From contig OX597822.1 of NCBI GenBank assembly GCA_951406725.2, positions 42,160,001-42,224,000 of the forward strand: a DNA stretch of 64,000 nt. Direction: 5' to 3'. A program made the position numbers and the translations under genes. Positions 44,726-58,114 of this stretch are shown here, in pieces; within the stretch, counting starts at the first letter, position 1, and every line of letters begins with the position of its first letter. The notes below the pieces were generated by a model. It saw only the letters and a program-made list of their open reading frames with translations. It did no database searches and had not been told where the DNA came from. This DNA comes from Octopus vulgaris. Its lineage: Eukaryota.

Positions 44726-44731
44726 AATAAA
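44726..44731 (+). terminator. polyadenylation signal, tubulin gene 2
   Basis: AATAAA 36 nt after the stop, with a downstream GT/T-rich tract. Confidence 0.7.
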
Positions 44732-45030
44732 ATTTGATTTTATCTATATAATTTTGTTCGTGTTTTTTTTTGGTTTTTTTCCAGAGCATATATCAGTCAT
44801 ATACTAATGTGAGTCAGTATAATCAACTGCCACCATCAGCATCACTTTTAATCTTTATACCTGTATTGGTTTCAAATTTTGGCATAAGGCCAACACTGTT
44901 GGAAGTGGCTAAGTCTATTATACTCACCAAAGTTCTCAATTAATACGTATCAATTCTGAAAGGATGCAAAGCAAAGTCGATCTCAGTGGGATCTTGTCTA
45001 GTGATTCTGCTGGCTTATACTTTATACCTA

Positions 45031-45380
45031 TACTAGCACTATGACCTGGCAATACCAGGTCTTAGTGCTAGTGCATGCATGCGCATATACACGAGAGTAC
45101 TGTCCAAATTTCCGACCAATCACATACAGCTAGCTGGCATTCAATTGGTGTATCAAGTTTCAGGGATTTTGATTGGGTTTTGGATAGAAAATTCACAAAA
45201 AAGTCACTTCTATTGATTTTTTTTTTTAATGGCTTTGCGGAGTGACTGGGGAAATGTAAAAAGATGTGTACGACCACCCTTGGACGGTTTTGCATGACCT
45301 TAGAAAGTGCAAGCCCTCTAACTGAAAAATTGTGGATTTGTATAAAAGACAGACATTTTGCCGTTTATATATGGAGAGAT
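45031..45380 (-). mobile_element. Helitron/Helentron-like non-autonomous element
   Basis: Minus strand ATCT start, subterminal hairpin gacctgg..ccaggtc and CTAG end. Confidence 0.5.
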
Positions 45381-48300
45381 TAGGCAAACCTGTTTAAAGT
45401 GAACAACGTGCCTTCTGTTTAGTTATTGATCTGTGTTTTTGCTACAATCAAGCTTAGCTTTATCATCACGTTTTGAGCTTAATGCCGATGCTAGTATTGT
45501 AGTTTGCATTCAAATATGTTGTTACTAATTGCATCCTGTTCAAATCCCACTGTTGTCACTCTTGCCTCTCATCTTTCCAAGGCCAACAAAGTATGCTGTT
45601 CCTCCAGAGATGTATGGACTTGGTTAAATATTGATGGCTCTGGTATTTCTTACAACAGCAAGAACACATTCTTCTTGTGATAATTACTGTTAAACCCCAG
45701 GTTAATCTTGATTGTGCAGATGCTATTACCATCTTTTTATAGGGTGTAACAATCACCCAGAGTTGCTAGGTTCTTCTGTTACACCCATCTATACCTATGA
45801 TGACTATATTGCACATGTTTATTCATGTGTGATAAATTATTTGAGGATCTGGCTACAGTTTCTAGCAAGTTCACTGAGCAGTCTAATGTTGACCCCTAGA
45901 TGAAGGAAATTTTGGTGAGGATGTAAACTCTTATCTGTTTAACATTTTCTTATATTGTTGGGACAACACCCAGGTCAATCCTTGCTTTCAGGTAGTGACC
46001 ATACCCTGATCACTTTTGACCACCTGTCTTTTTAAGATGGTAGGTGTTTGGCTGCTCTTTTTTGCAGGTTCAACCACATGAAAGCACGTTTGCTCAAATT
46101 TTAATTTTATATCCTTATTAACCTCAAAATTACAAGTGTAATTTCTAAATGGAATATTTAACATTCTTAGATCAGTCACAATATCAAAATTACCCGAGCC
46201 TTTGTAACCAGAATTTATCCAAAGACTTTGGGAATATGAAATACTTTCTACTGGCCTCAAAATACAGCATCATTCCATAGATTGGGTGTCGGAAAATACG
46301 GTAAAAAAAACCCAAAAAAAACTCAGTACTTTAAAAATTAAATAAAATAAAATTTCTCTTCGGGAATCTACTTTTCACCCGAGAATTGTCTCCCTTACAT
46401 TAAGAAATGAGAGCTTGGTCTTTTTCTTCTGGAACTGGAGGAAATTTGGTGATCTGGCCTCTGTTAAATTTACCAAGTGAACTCTTCTAAAAGTACCCAG
46501 TTTTAAACTGGGTAGCGGATTAGCTTTACCATACATTTAGTCATGTTCTCTCTACGTTTCCACACGGTTCCCTTCAACGAAATTCCACTTCCAATACATT
46601 GGTCGAGTTAATGCTATATGTAACAGTAGAGTCGAACCTGAAGGCACATTTACAGAGCTACCTTAACTGCAGAACCATTTCTACACCCCCTAACATGTGA
46701 CAGATCTGAACAAAAAGGAAGATTTTGCTGATCATGTCTATTTATTCAATCAAATGAAACTCTAACACGGGCGCAGGCGTGACTGGTAAGTCTGCTTACC
46801 AACTAGGTGGTTCTGGGTTCAGTCCTATGTGACACCTTAAGCAAGTGTCTTTTATCATAGCCTCGGGCCGACCAAGGCCTTGTGAGTCGATTTGGTAAGC
46901 TGAAAGAAGCCCGTCATAAACATATGTACCCTATCACTGTTTGACAACTGTATATTTACGGCCACGTAACATTGTCGGTTCGGCAAAAGACACCAATACA
47001 ATAAGTACCAAGGGAGGTGGGTACTGGGGTAAATTTATTCGGCCAAAATTTCTTTAAAGAGGTACTCCAACATGGCCGTAGTCTAATGACTGAAATAAGG
47101 AAGATAATACGCTCAGATTTCACATCAAAATATCTGCTACACACTTTTTCCATATTTACCGTCATCTTTTACATAGAAGAGACTGAAATAAAAATGGTAT
47201 TCGTGGATGAACAGATTTAAAACGAACACTCAGAGCGCAAACCTCCGCCAAGGCAATCCCTAACATCCTCCCAACGATTAGCCAGAGATGGATTTTAAGA
47301 TGAGAATATCTGAAATAAACTCGACTGCCCTCACAAACAAGAATACTATAAATGAACCCGACTGCTCTCAAAAATTAAGTAAAAGCAAAAAAGAAACTTT
47401 CATTGTATAATATGTTTCATTCTTTTTTTTTTTTGTTTTTACAATTGTTGTATGCCCTTCTATGTTGGCCCTTTATGGGTAATAAAAAAAACAGATCCCC
47501 AAATCTAACCAATTCGTGTCAGTCACGATGCCAAACATCCTGGAAAGTTTCATCCGAATTCATCCAGCAGTTCTTGAGATTTTGTCCACGGACAAACAAA
47601 CAAACGCGACCGAAAACAATAGTTCCGCCTTTGCTAAAGCGGAGGTAATAATTGGTGGAACAGATTTTACAGTAAATTTGTCTTCTGGACTTCGTGTTGC
47701 ACCGAAGATGAAATTTTAAAAAAATATACTAGAACATTTCTGTTAAATATATTAAACTATTTCTTACTTCGTTTCGTTGTGCATGCTTGTGCATATGACG
47801 AAATTATGACATCCTCGATACTTGGGCATTGGTTCTCTTAAAGCCTTAATTTTATTTTTAATAATAGACATATGCGTGGCTGTGTGGTAAGAAGCTTGTT
47901 TCTCAACCAGGTTCAGTCCCACTGCATGGCACCTTGCGAGTGGATATGGTAGATGGAAACTGAAAGAAGCCCGTCGTATATAAATTATATGTGTGTATTT
48001 GTCCTCCCATTGATGTTGGTGTATTTACGTCCTCGTAACTCAGCGGTTCGGCAAAGGGACCGATAGAATAAATACTAGGCTTACAAAGAATAAGTCTTGG
48101 AGTCGATTTGTTTGACTGAAGACAGTGCTCCAGCATGGCCGCAGTCAAATGCCTGAAACAAGTAAAAGAATAAAATAGATTTGGTTTCTCAGGTAAAAAA
48201 AAGAAACAGAACTGGAGTTGCCTCCCTTAGGTATTCTACACTCATTGAAATATTCCCAACGATAAACACGACGACATAGTCGCTCGAGCTGTTAGAGACG

Positions 48301-50125
48301 ACAGCTAAATCCTCTTTATATCGTACTGGAAAGGAATAACTCATTGCTTAATGTTCAGCTGCACAAAGGCATACTTATGACTATTTATGATTCAGACAAC
48401 CACGTTTCTTGATACCCATGTTTATCATAAACTGACCTATGTGTAAATGTCTGCATCAACCTTACCATCATTAGCCACGGATATGTAAATAGTAGCATTT
48501 ACATTATTATATATTAACATAATGTATATGTAGACATACACTCTCGGAAAATATTCGTAGGTGCAGGCGTATGGTTAAGAAGAGAGTGGGTTACGTCTCC
48601 ACCATGTACGTCCAATTTTGATTTCGAAGTATTAAAAAAGAATAAGGCACTAAAAGAGAATGACTCTCCCCAGACACAACAGAATATGCTTCAACACACG
48701 AACTCATATAAAGAATCTTGCAAACCAAATCCAAAAACGAAGTATTAAAAAAGTTATTTAGAAATCATTAAGAGAAACGAACGACAAAATCGAACCGTCC
48801 GCATTTTAAAACCGAAAATTAGAAAAAAAAAAAAAATTCCAAAAACCTTTTCACATGTTCCCCCCCCCCATCACTACATCACTTCCAAAGTTTCGACTTT
48901 AGCGTCGCAGTCAACACATGCGCAATGGCGAAAAAGGTTTCAAAAGTTCGTGTCTATGCTGTAGACTGCGAGGGGATGGGGGGTAATTATTTTTTTTTAA
49001 CTTAAAATTTTACAAAGATTTTTGGAAAATATTTTCAGAAATCTCCGTATTTTCCCACATATTTTGCAAAAAAAAAAAAAAAATGCCAAAAATGAAGAAA
49101 TTGGTGGGAGTGAAATTGAAATTTTGAAATGCCAATTTCAGCCAATTTTTTTCAGTTTCGTAATCTCCGTACCGGAGGTTTCTGTTAAGAAAAAATATGA
49201 AATAACTAGTAAAAATAAAGGGGGGGGGTGACAAATAGAAGTCTTGCCAATATATTATTTATTATTCTTTTAATGTATACGTATAATTTTTGAACGCGAG
49301 ATAGTTGTGAGAAGAGCCTAGAAAGTTAGGTAATTACTATCAGAAGACGAGGAGAAAAGTTACCGACAAGTACTCAAAACTTGCACCTTATTCACAGTTT
49401 CCAAACATTGTACCACTAAACCAAAATATACTCAAACAAAGGCGGCGAGCTGGCAGAAACGCCGGGCGAAATGTGTAGCCGTATTTCGTCTGTCGTTATG
49501 TTCTGAGTTCAAATTCCGCCGAGGTATACTTTGCCTTTCATCCTTTCGGGATCGATAAATTAAGTACCAGTTACGCACTAGGGTCGATGTGATCGACTTA
49601 ATCCGTTTGTCCCCTCTGTGTCTAGCCCCTTGTGTGTAGTAAAGAAATAGGTACTTCATCTGCCGCTACGTTCTGAGTTCAAATTCCGCCGAGGTCGACT
49701 TTGCCTTTCATCCTTTCGGGGTCGATTACATAAGTACCAGTTACGCACTGGGGTCGATATAATCGACTTAATCCGTTTGTCTGTCCTTGTTTGTTTTCTC
49801 TGTGTTTAGCCCCTTGTGGGTAGTAAAGAAATAGGTATTTCGTCTGCCGTTACGTTCTAAGTTCAAATTCTGCCGCGGTCGACTTTGCCTTTCATTCTTT
49901 CGGAGTCGATAAATTAAGTACTAGTTACGCACTGGGCTCGATGTATTCGACTTAATCCCTTTATCTGTCCTTGTTTGTCCCCTCTATGTTTAGCCCCTTA
50001 TGGGCAATAAAGAAATATACACAAACGAGTTGCAGGAGCGACTTTAACAGTGACACACACTCGCGCGCGTGTGTGTGTGTGCTGTTCACTGACAAAACTT
50101 CGTACTGCTTACTTTTGCGAAATTT

Positions 50126-50172
50126 TGTCAGTGAACACGTCGCGGTTTCCAAGTGAAGAAAATATTTTGACA
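50126..50172 (+). ncRNA. hammerhead-like motif with G3:C8 core (GUGAACA)
   Basis: tgtca-GTGAACA(50131-50137)-cg-tcgc..gtga-a-GAAA(50158-50161)-atat-TT-tgaca. Confidence 0.6.
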
Positions 50173-50201
50173 CAAATGAAATTTTAATAGCAGTGAAACT
50201 A

Positions 50202-50627
50202 GTACTACTTAAATACAGATGTCCCTTAACGGTTCTACTTAAATACAGGTGTTACGTACAAACATTTTAAATGTACGCTGTGTGGATGTGTAATGACACC
50301 TTAACCCCAAACTAGCCCTAATCTTAACCCTAAAAGCTAACCCTCCCCTTCATACCTATTTCTTTACTACCCACAAGGGGCCAAACAAGGACAGACAAAC
50401 GGATTAAGTCGATTACATCGACCCCAGTGCGTAACTGGTACTTAATTTATCGACCCCGAAAGGATGAAAGGCAAAGTCGACCTCGCGGAATTTGAACTCA
50501 GAACGTAACGGCAGACGAAATACGGCTACGTATTTCGCCCGGCGTGCTAACGTTTCTGCCAGCTCGCCGCCCTTCTCCCCTTCATATCGTTACGTAGAAG
50601 CATTGGAACCTCTATTTAAGTAGTGCC
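50202..50627. mobile_element. Merlin-type MITE (second family) with a nested SINE
   Basis: gtactacttaaata / tatttaagtagtgcc TIRs; TSD gtgaaacta at 50193-50201 and 50628-50636. Confidence 0.75.
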
Positions 50628-50899
50628 GTGAAACTAACGGTTTCTGTGTGTTCTTGAATGGCTTACAAACATCCACGCTGCAATTGTTTTTGTTTCAGCA
50701 CACGATCTCAGATCAAATCACTTGCTATGCAAGTACATCTCCGTAATTTTTTAAAATCACTGTGGATAAATGCCAGCAATGACCTTCTCAGGCTCCCCGA
50801 TATTTTAAAATCTAAACAGAAATAATCGGGGGCAGGGAGTAGGGTTGCCAAAAAATTCATAATTTCTTAAATTTTCTTTTTTATAGCATATAAATGTAT

Positions 50900-51253
50900 A
50901 TATGGGGAAGCGTTTGAACGCATGCCTGGGGAGTGCTGCCACACTCGCCGTACTCTCCTGATTTGGCACCAACGGATGTCCACCTCTTTCGATCTCTTTT
51001 AAATACTATGCGCGGAGTTTCGTTCAATATTAATGCAGAATTGAGAGGTTGGTTGGATCAAATTTTCGAGTCGAAATAGTGTGATTTCTACCAACGAGGT
51101 ATTGAAAATCTTGTTGAACGTTGGGAAGAAGTTGTAAACAACAAGGGCGAATACATTATTGATTGATTAGTTGATATTTTTTATTAAACCTTTTAAAACA
51201 TTTAAATTAAAAAAAAAAAAAAAAACGGCGGGAACTTAGTTGCCAACCCAATA
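50900..51253 (+). pseudogene. mariner transposase 3' fossil with TIR
   Basis: HSPYSPDLAPTD and GIENLVERWEEVVNNKGEYIID motifs, then a ..ttgccaacccaata TIR. Confidence 0.85.
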
Positions 51254-51903
51254 CAAGATAATTGCCGTAAGTGCTACGCAGTGGGATTGATCACAGAATC
51301 GCATGGTTTCCAAGCACAATTCTAAATCATAGTTACAGCCACATCTATACTGCTGTTATGCCTTTTTTAGAATCCACAACTCAGTGGGTCAGCTACTATG
51401 CCCCGTTCATTGGAGCAATAGTCATGTTTAGTCATGTGAATAGCCTTCTCATATGAAAATAAGCGTGAGTGCAGGCGCAGGAGTGGCTGTGTGGTAAGTA
51501 GCTTGCTTAAAAACCACATGGTTCCTGGTTCATTCCCACTGCGTGGCACCTTGGGCAAGTGTCTTCTACTGTAGCCTCGGGCCGACCAAAGCCTTGTGAA
51601 TGGAGGTACTACTTGAGAACAGTGGTCCCGGTGCACGCACTCGCGTACTCGCGCATCCGCACTAGCTAGTCATGACTAGTCGATCCTTACTTTGTTTTTT
51701 TGTGTGTTATTTACTTTGTTTAAAAAATTATTTACTTTGTGTAAAAAAATTTATTTTGTGTTTTATTTACTTTGCTAGGTAGTCGTTGTAGGATGCGCAA
51801 CTACGCGAGTGCGCGCACCGGGACCACTGTTCTCAAGTAGTACCGTTAGTGGATTTGGTAGACGGAAACTGAAAGAAGCCCGTCGTATATATGTGTATAT
51901 ATA

Positions 51904-52370
51904 TATTATATAGAAGGAGCTTCTACAGGACTAGAACTGTTTCATTCAAAAGAAATCATCAGGAAGCTAGTAGACAAGAGTTGTTTTGGCATTTATACAT
52001 TTAGGCAGGTTTAATTGGGTGGTGGTGGGGGACTTTTTTGGGGGTAGGCATGGCGCAAAACTGTCATTATTAGGAGAGTGGTCAAAGGAATCAGTGGTAA
52101 AGTAGATAAAAGAATAAATAAAAGAATAAAAAGAATAAAATTTTTTATTCTTTTATTTATTCTTTTATCTACTTTACCACTGATTCCTTTGACCACTCTC
52201 CTAATAATGACAGTTTTGCGCCATGCCTACCCCCAAAAAAGTCCCCCACCACCACCCATTTAAACCTGCCTAAATGTATAAATGCCAAAACAACTCTTGT
52301 CTACTAGCTTCCTGATGATTTCTTTTGAATGAAACAGTTCTAGTCCTGTAGAAGCTCCTTCTATATAATA
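51904..52370. mobile_element. 229-bp-arm palindrome with a hammerhead on each strand (Penelope-like tail-to-tail remnant)
   Basis: Arms 51904-52132 and 52142-52370, one mismatch seen. HHR + at 52306-52356: agcttc-CTGATGA-t ttc tttt gaa t-GAAA-cag..ctg-TA-gaagct. Mirror copy on the minus strand at 51918-51968. Confidence 0.8.
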
Positions 52371-52438
52371 AATTAATTTACTCTGCTATGTATTGAGTAC
52401 CTTATTTACTGTGGTTAACCCCGACTCAACCCGGGACC

Positions 52439-52509
<71 letters not shown>

Positions 52510-54119
52510 TTGTGTGTCTGTGTTTGTCTCCCCAGCATCACTTGACAACCGATGCTGGTGTGCTTACGTCCCCGTAACTTAACGGTTCGCAAAAAGAGAC
52601 CGATAGAATAAGTACTAGGCTTCCAAAGAATAAGTCCTGGGATCGATTTGCTCCACTAAAGGCGGTGCTCCAGCATGGCAGCAGTCAAATGACTGAAACA
52701 AGTAATAGAGTATGTGATGCAGCGTATTAAGTATTGTTAAATATTTACCAACGTAGACTTACTCTAGCAGAATAATATATATGGGTCATATCTAATAAAT
52801 AGCTTCTTAGATTCTAAGTCAGGGTTCGAAACCGAATCTACATTTTTCTACTAGTTCCTTTCCTATCATTCTCAGCATTAGCATTCAAACATCTATGAAA
52901 CTCAACTGCCACACTTGGTTAAGTTCTAATGTGTAAGTTAACATTTTAAGGTTAACTATGGTTCAGACAGTGGAGGCACATGGCCTAGTGGTTAGAGCAG
53001 CGGAATCGCGCGGTCGAGGGATCGCGGGTTCGAATCTCAGACTGGGCGATGTGTGTGTTTATGAGCGAAACACCTAAGCCCCACGCGGTTCCGGCAGAAG
53101 GAATGCTGACTCTTTCACCACAACGTTCTTTCCTCCTGCATCTTGCAGCTCACCTGCGACGGACCGGCGACCCATCCAGGTGGGGAACCTATACGCCAAG
53201 GAAACCGGGAAACCGCCCCTTATGAGCCAGGCTCGAGAAGGAACAAACAACAATGGTTCAGGCAGCTAAGAGCTGGAAATCCTTTGTCGGTAGGGTGGGT
53301 GGCTGTCTTACTCTGAAGAACCATTAAATCTTTCAAATCATAGCCTACCGTTTTAAAAAGTGAAGGGCACATTGAATAACACAAATACACCAAGTCTGAA
53401 AAGAAAAACGGGATGGTTATGAGTAGAAGGCGTCAGGATTTGAACTCAGAACAAATAAATACCACGTTCCCTCACAGTACTTTTAATGCTGACAGTTCAT
53501 AAAAATAATCAAACTTCACAAAAACAACACGTAGACATGGCTGTGTTCTTAAGAAGCTCGCTTTGCAACTACGTGGTTTCGAGATCGTTTCCAGTGCGCT
53601 GCACCTTGGACCTTAGGACCTTGCGAGTAAATTCGGTAGACCGAAGCTATGCCGGAGACCGTCGTGCACATGTATGTGTGTGTGTGTCCCCGTCCACCAC
53701 AGCTTGACAACCGGTGCTGGTTTGTTTACGTCCCCGTGACTTGGCGGTTCGGCTTGAGAAACCGATAGAATAAGTACCTGACTTATGTACTGGGATCGAT
53801 TTGTTCGACTAAACCTTTTGAGGCGTTGCCCCAGCGTGGCCACAGTCCAATGACTGAAACAAGTCAAAAGAAATAGAATTTCCGCTTCACTCTGCCACCG
53901 CCACCACCACCACCACCAGCCGTTCAAGAATTTGGACCTGGAGATCTCCATTTCCAGCGACTTCGAGGGCCACCTCCCAGTAGTGTCGAGCGTCAACGAA
54001 GAGCCCTCGACGACAACAAGACGACCAAAGTTTTTTTTTCCAAGGTCTGGGGTCTCCCGCCCCTAAGCCCTAATCACCCTTATCCGTCTTGTTGCTTAAC
54101 AACAACAACCACCACCACC

Positions 54120-54167
<48 letters not shown>

Positions 54168-54445
54168 TACCATTTATTTCATTCTTTTACTTCATTCTTT
54201 TACTTGTTTCAGTCATTTGACTGCGTTCATACTTGTGCACCACCTTTAGTCGAACAAATCGACCCCAGGACTTATTTCGTCGTTCCATTTTTGCCGAACC
54301 GCTAGGTTACGAGTACGTAAACACACCAACATCGGTTGTGAAGCGATGGTGGGGGACAAACACAGACACAAATATCAAATACATACATGCTTATACATAC
54401 ATACATACATACATACATACATACATACATACATACATACATACA

Positions 54446-54479
<34 letters not shown>

Positions 54480-54523
54480 ACGGCGGTGCATCAGCATGGC
54501 CGCAGCTCTGAGCTGAAACTAGA

Positions 54524-54555
<32 letters not shown>

Positions 54556-54838
54556 CAAATAAGAAAATGGAGGAACAAATTCATTTCAATCATCAACTTA
54601 CAGATATTACCATTTCATATTATTTAACTATATAAGTAAGAACATCAAAATCGAACAATATATTTTACCTTCGCCCAACCGATACAATAAATGAAGTAAT
54701 TGCATTGCAATTATAAGCATTTAAGTATTTGGCATTTGGGTCCTTCACCAGCAATATAATTGTATAACTGATATCCCATAGTGGGTTACACTCATAACCC
54801 CTATCTTACTTTGTACTAAATATATATATATATATATA

Positions 54839-55620
54839 TATTAGCTGACGTACCCGGCAATTCCCGGGAAAGCGGAGCTTATCCTTTGGTTGCGTTCTCA
54901 TAATTGTTTCACTAATCCATTAACAACAATACAAAGTATGTAGCCCTTAAAACGGTTTTTGTGCATTTATTGAGAATACCGAACTGTCTTACACAAGACA
55001 GGTTTTAAAGAACTTAGGAGGAAATACTAATAAGGTATGTATACTAAAATCGTGAAGCATGTTACGTAATAAGAGGCTAATCAGATAGGAGATAATAACA
55101 ATTCAAAGTAAATAACTCTGAAAAAAGCTTTTGTGCGTTCGCAGAGAATATTAACCTCAGTGGCGCTAGTGTTGGTATATTCGTGAATAAGTCACTAACC
55201 GAAATAAGTGGATCTATTGTTTAGGAAAATACTATTTACTTGTTTAAGCGTTGTACTGGCTAAATTGCGAAAATAACTCAAATAGTTCAAATACTAAGAA
55301 ATAAGCATGCTCAATTTGATTTATACGAAATAATTTACGAACATGACTGGGTTATTTCCCTTGGTTAAATATAAGGGTCCCTTTCAGGAACGAATGGGTT
55401 ATTTACCTTTGATGTTTAAAAATATATTAGTTATATGTAGTAGATATAAGAATCTCTTCCAGGGGCCCTATTATCGATTTTTTTTCAGCAATCTAAGTAT
55501 GTCACTAGTTTTCCAGACATGAATTCTATTCACAAGTCAAGTTTCATCAAAATCGATAAAACGATGTAGACAACAACGAAACAAACATCACACCCACAGA
55601 TTTCCATATATGTAATAGAT
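54839..55620 (-). mobile_element. Helitron-like non-autonomous element
   Basis: ttagctgacgta cccgg caatt c ccggg hairpin at one end and ..taatagat at the other. Confidence 0.5.
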
Positions 55621-56459
55621 ACGACAGGCTTCTTTTAGTTTCCGTCTACCAAATCCACTCACAAGGCTTTCGTCGGCTCGAGGCTACAGTAGAAGACACT
55701 TGCCCAAGGTTCCACGCAGTGGGACTGAACCCGGAACCATGTGGTTGGGAAGCAAACTTGGTTATATACTTTAAAGGTCGAACTACTAAGCTGTGATATT
55801 CATACGTTTCGCAAAGCTTTTGAATGAAAAACCGGGACGAAAATTGAAACCGTTTCGTAGTTGTTTATAAGACATGATTTCTCTATTACCTCCTACCATC
55901 TTCACTTTTGTGGACACCACCGTCACCAGATGATACCACCCTGACACCCGCCACTTCCCCACTACACCATAACTACTATAATGATCATCCTCACCCCCAC
56001 CACCATCATCATCATCAGTACACACCATCACCACTGCTACTATCATTATCGCCACCATCACCACCACCGCTATCACTAACACTACTACTACTATTGTTCA
56101 ATATGACTAATTCGGTTTATATGTTGACTACAAACTAAGTTGCTAGCAATGGTAACCACGTAACCAACAGTGGTAACCAAGGTAATCAAGGTAACAAACT
56201 GAACTCTACGAGCCAAGGAGAAAATTAGGTTCGATATGCTAAAAATAACTGCCAAATTCCCTTGAATCAGACAGTTTTCTTTTTTTCTTTTTTGTTAGTG
56301 AATTGCAATTTATATTTTATTTGGTCGTTTAAATGCAAAGAAACAGGAAAGAAAAGATAATAGAAATGAAACGAAAGAAAAGGAAAAAAAGGGAGTGTAA
56401 AACAGCGGAAGCCGGATGGGGAGGGGACGAAGGGCCACACACCCCAGAACAAGAGGGGT

Positions 56460-57335
56460 GCTCAGGTGTACCCTGCGGTAATCGTGATGGCGTTACTGGG
56501 GAGAATGGCCAGCGACACTTGCTGTAGCGGCCACTCCACCTCGCGGAGCTGATTTCTCAGACAGGCTGCCGTTATCCCTAATCTGCAGAAAAATAGGGAT
56601 AACGACGACAACCGGCACAAACCGATAGCGGCCGGCCAAACCCCTGTATTTATTGGTTTTTCTCTCCTCCGCATTATGGGCGGCGGCTTCTGGGTTTGCA
56701 GCCAAAGCTGCAAGTTTGGAGCCAGAGAACGTGTAACTGCTCGTCGCATCCCAGACTAGAGATCTGCCTCCCTTGATTAGCAAGAGGGTTATCCCGCCGA
56801 GGGTGTTTATCGTCACCGCAGTCGAAACCTGCTGGCTCAAGTTAAGATGGGAAACCAGCTGCGTCAAGACCCCTTCAGATTATGTCATTCAGAGCGGCAC
56901 GTCGGGGGAATCGGTCCGCTCCAAGGCTGCAGGATAAAGGATGCAAGTCGAATTCGTATACTACCGCTCCACAGCAACATTTGTGCGACTTTAACTCGCG
57001 GAGACCGAGGCGTTGGACCACTCCGATACGGGTACACTCATCGTTTAGAAGAGTGCCAGTAGATGAGGGCACCGAATTGAGCCATTCGCCGCTATTTGAC
57101 AGCGTTGGTCTAGTGATGTCTCTAGCCACGCGAGTGTGAATTTGCATCTGATGTCGCCCCAGTTGCGTTGGATATCCGTATTCTGGGGGACGGCAAACCC
57201 ATCAGCGGTCCAATCGGTTATGGCTGACTCCGGTTCCTGGTCCGCACCAGGTTCGGCTATCTCGTGCAGTATCTCGCCAATGAGGGTGCGGCTGGAGGAG
57301 ACTGAGGAAAGATAGGCCGACAGAGCCAGGTCCAT
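56460..57335 (-). pseudogene. CRE-like non-LTR retrotransposon fossil (zinc knuckle + restriction-like endonuclease)
   Basis: CCCG..HPLSC..R.AALNDII, GRSLVWDAT, EERKTNKY..RFVPVVV across frameshifted ORFs. Confidence 0.8.
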
Positions 57336-57539
57336 TCCAGATCGGAGACCAAAAGCAAAAAGATTTCATCGTAAGGCAGAAGCAGAAAATGTGTCTAGGC
57401 TTTGCACAAATAGAAAGAAAATTCATGTCTTAGTAACACTTGACTTAAGAGTGCCATAACACCAAATAAAAAGCTTCGTCCTGCTAAAAACATTTCAACT
57501 CCAGTTGTTCACTTGGGTAATTCAATTTGTGTTCCTTTT

Positions 57540-57960
57540 CCCTTTCTTAAAAAAGGTAAGGTTACCATGGTTCCATCAGAGGATACTGCCACGGGCTCTG
57601 TTAATGGACTCAATGAAAAATTGGTGCGTGTTGTCCAAATGACGTGTGGATGTGTATGTTTAGAGGTTTGGGAGGAATGAAGGTTCGTGTCATCTATGTA
57701 AGGGTGGACGTTGTTAGATGTGACAAAAGTAGGTTATTGAAGAGAGTGAGGAACAGAACCGAACCCTACGGAATACCAGAGCTGGTTGAGAGTGGGGCAG
57801 AAAGAGCTCCGTCAATACATGCAACAATAGTACACCCTGATAGGAAGTTACCGATTCAAGAGATCCTATATGTGGGAATTTTTTTTATTGGAAATTTGCA
57901 TGGCAGACACGGTCGAAAGCTTTACTGATGTCCAGGGCAACAACATTGCTTTCACTGAAC
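57540..57960 (-). pseudogene. AP-endonuclease-type LINE reverse transcriptase fossil
   Basis: Minus strand SGIP*GSVL and YIDDT (GVPQGSVL / YADDT motifs). May continue to ~58870. Confidence 0.6.
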
Positions 57961-58043
57961 ATCTTTAAAGTGAGACTCTACAGGTGTGTGTCATAAGAGA
58001 GAGATAGATGGATAGATAGGTAGATAGATAGATAAATAGATAG

Positions 58044-58114
<71 letters not shown>

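Noticed and set aside
52011-52263. Two nearly identical 61-aa ORFs on opposite strands
   Set aside because: A by-product of the palindrome; low complexity.
52972-53050. tRNA-like sequences at SINE heads
   Set aside because: They continue into shared SINE bodies and no clean cloverleaf was evident.
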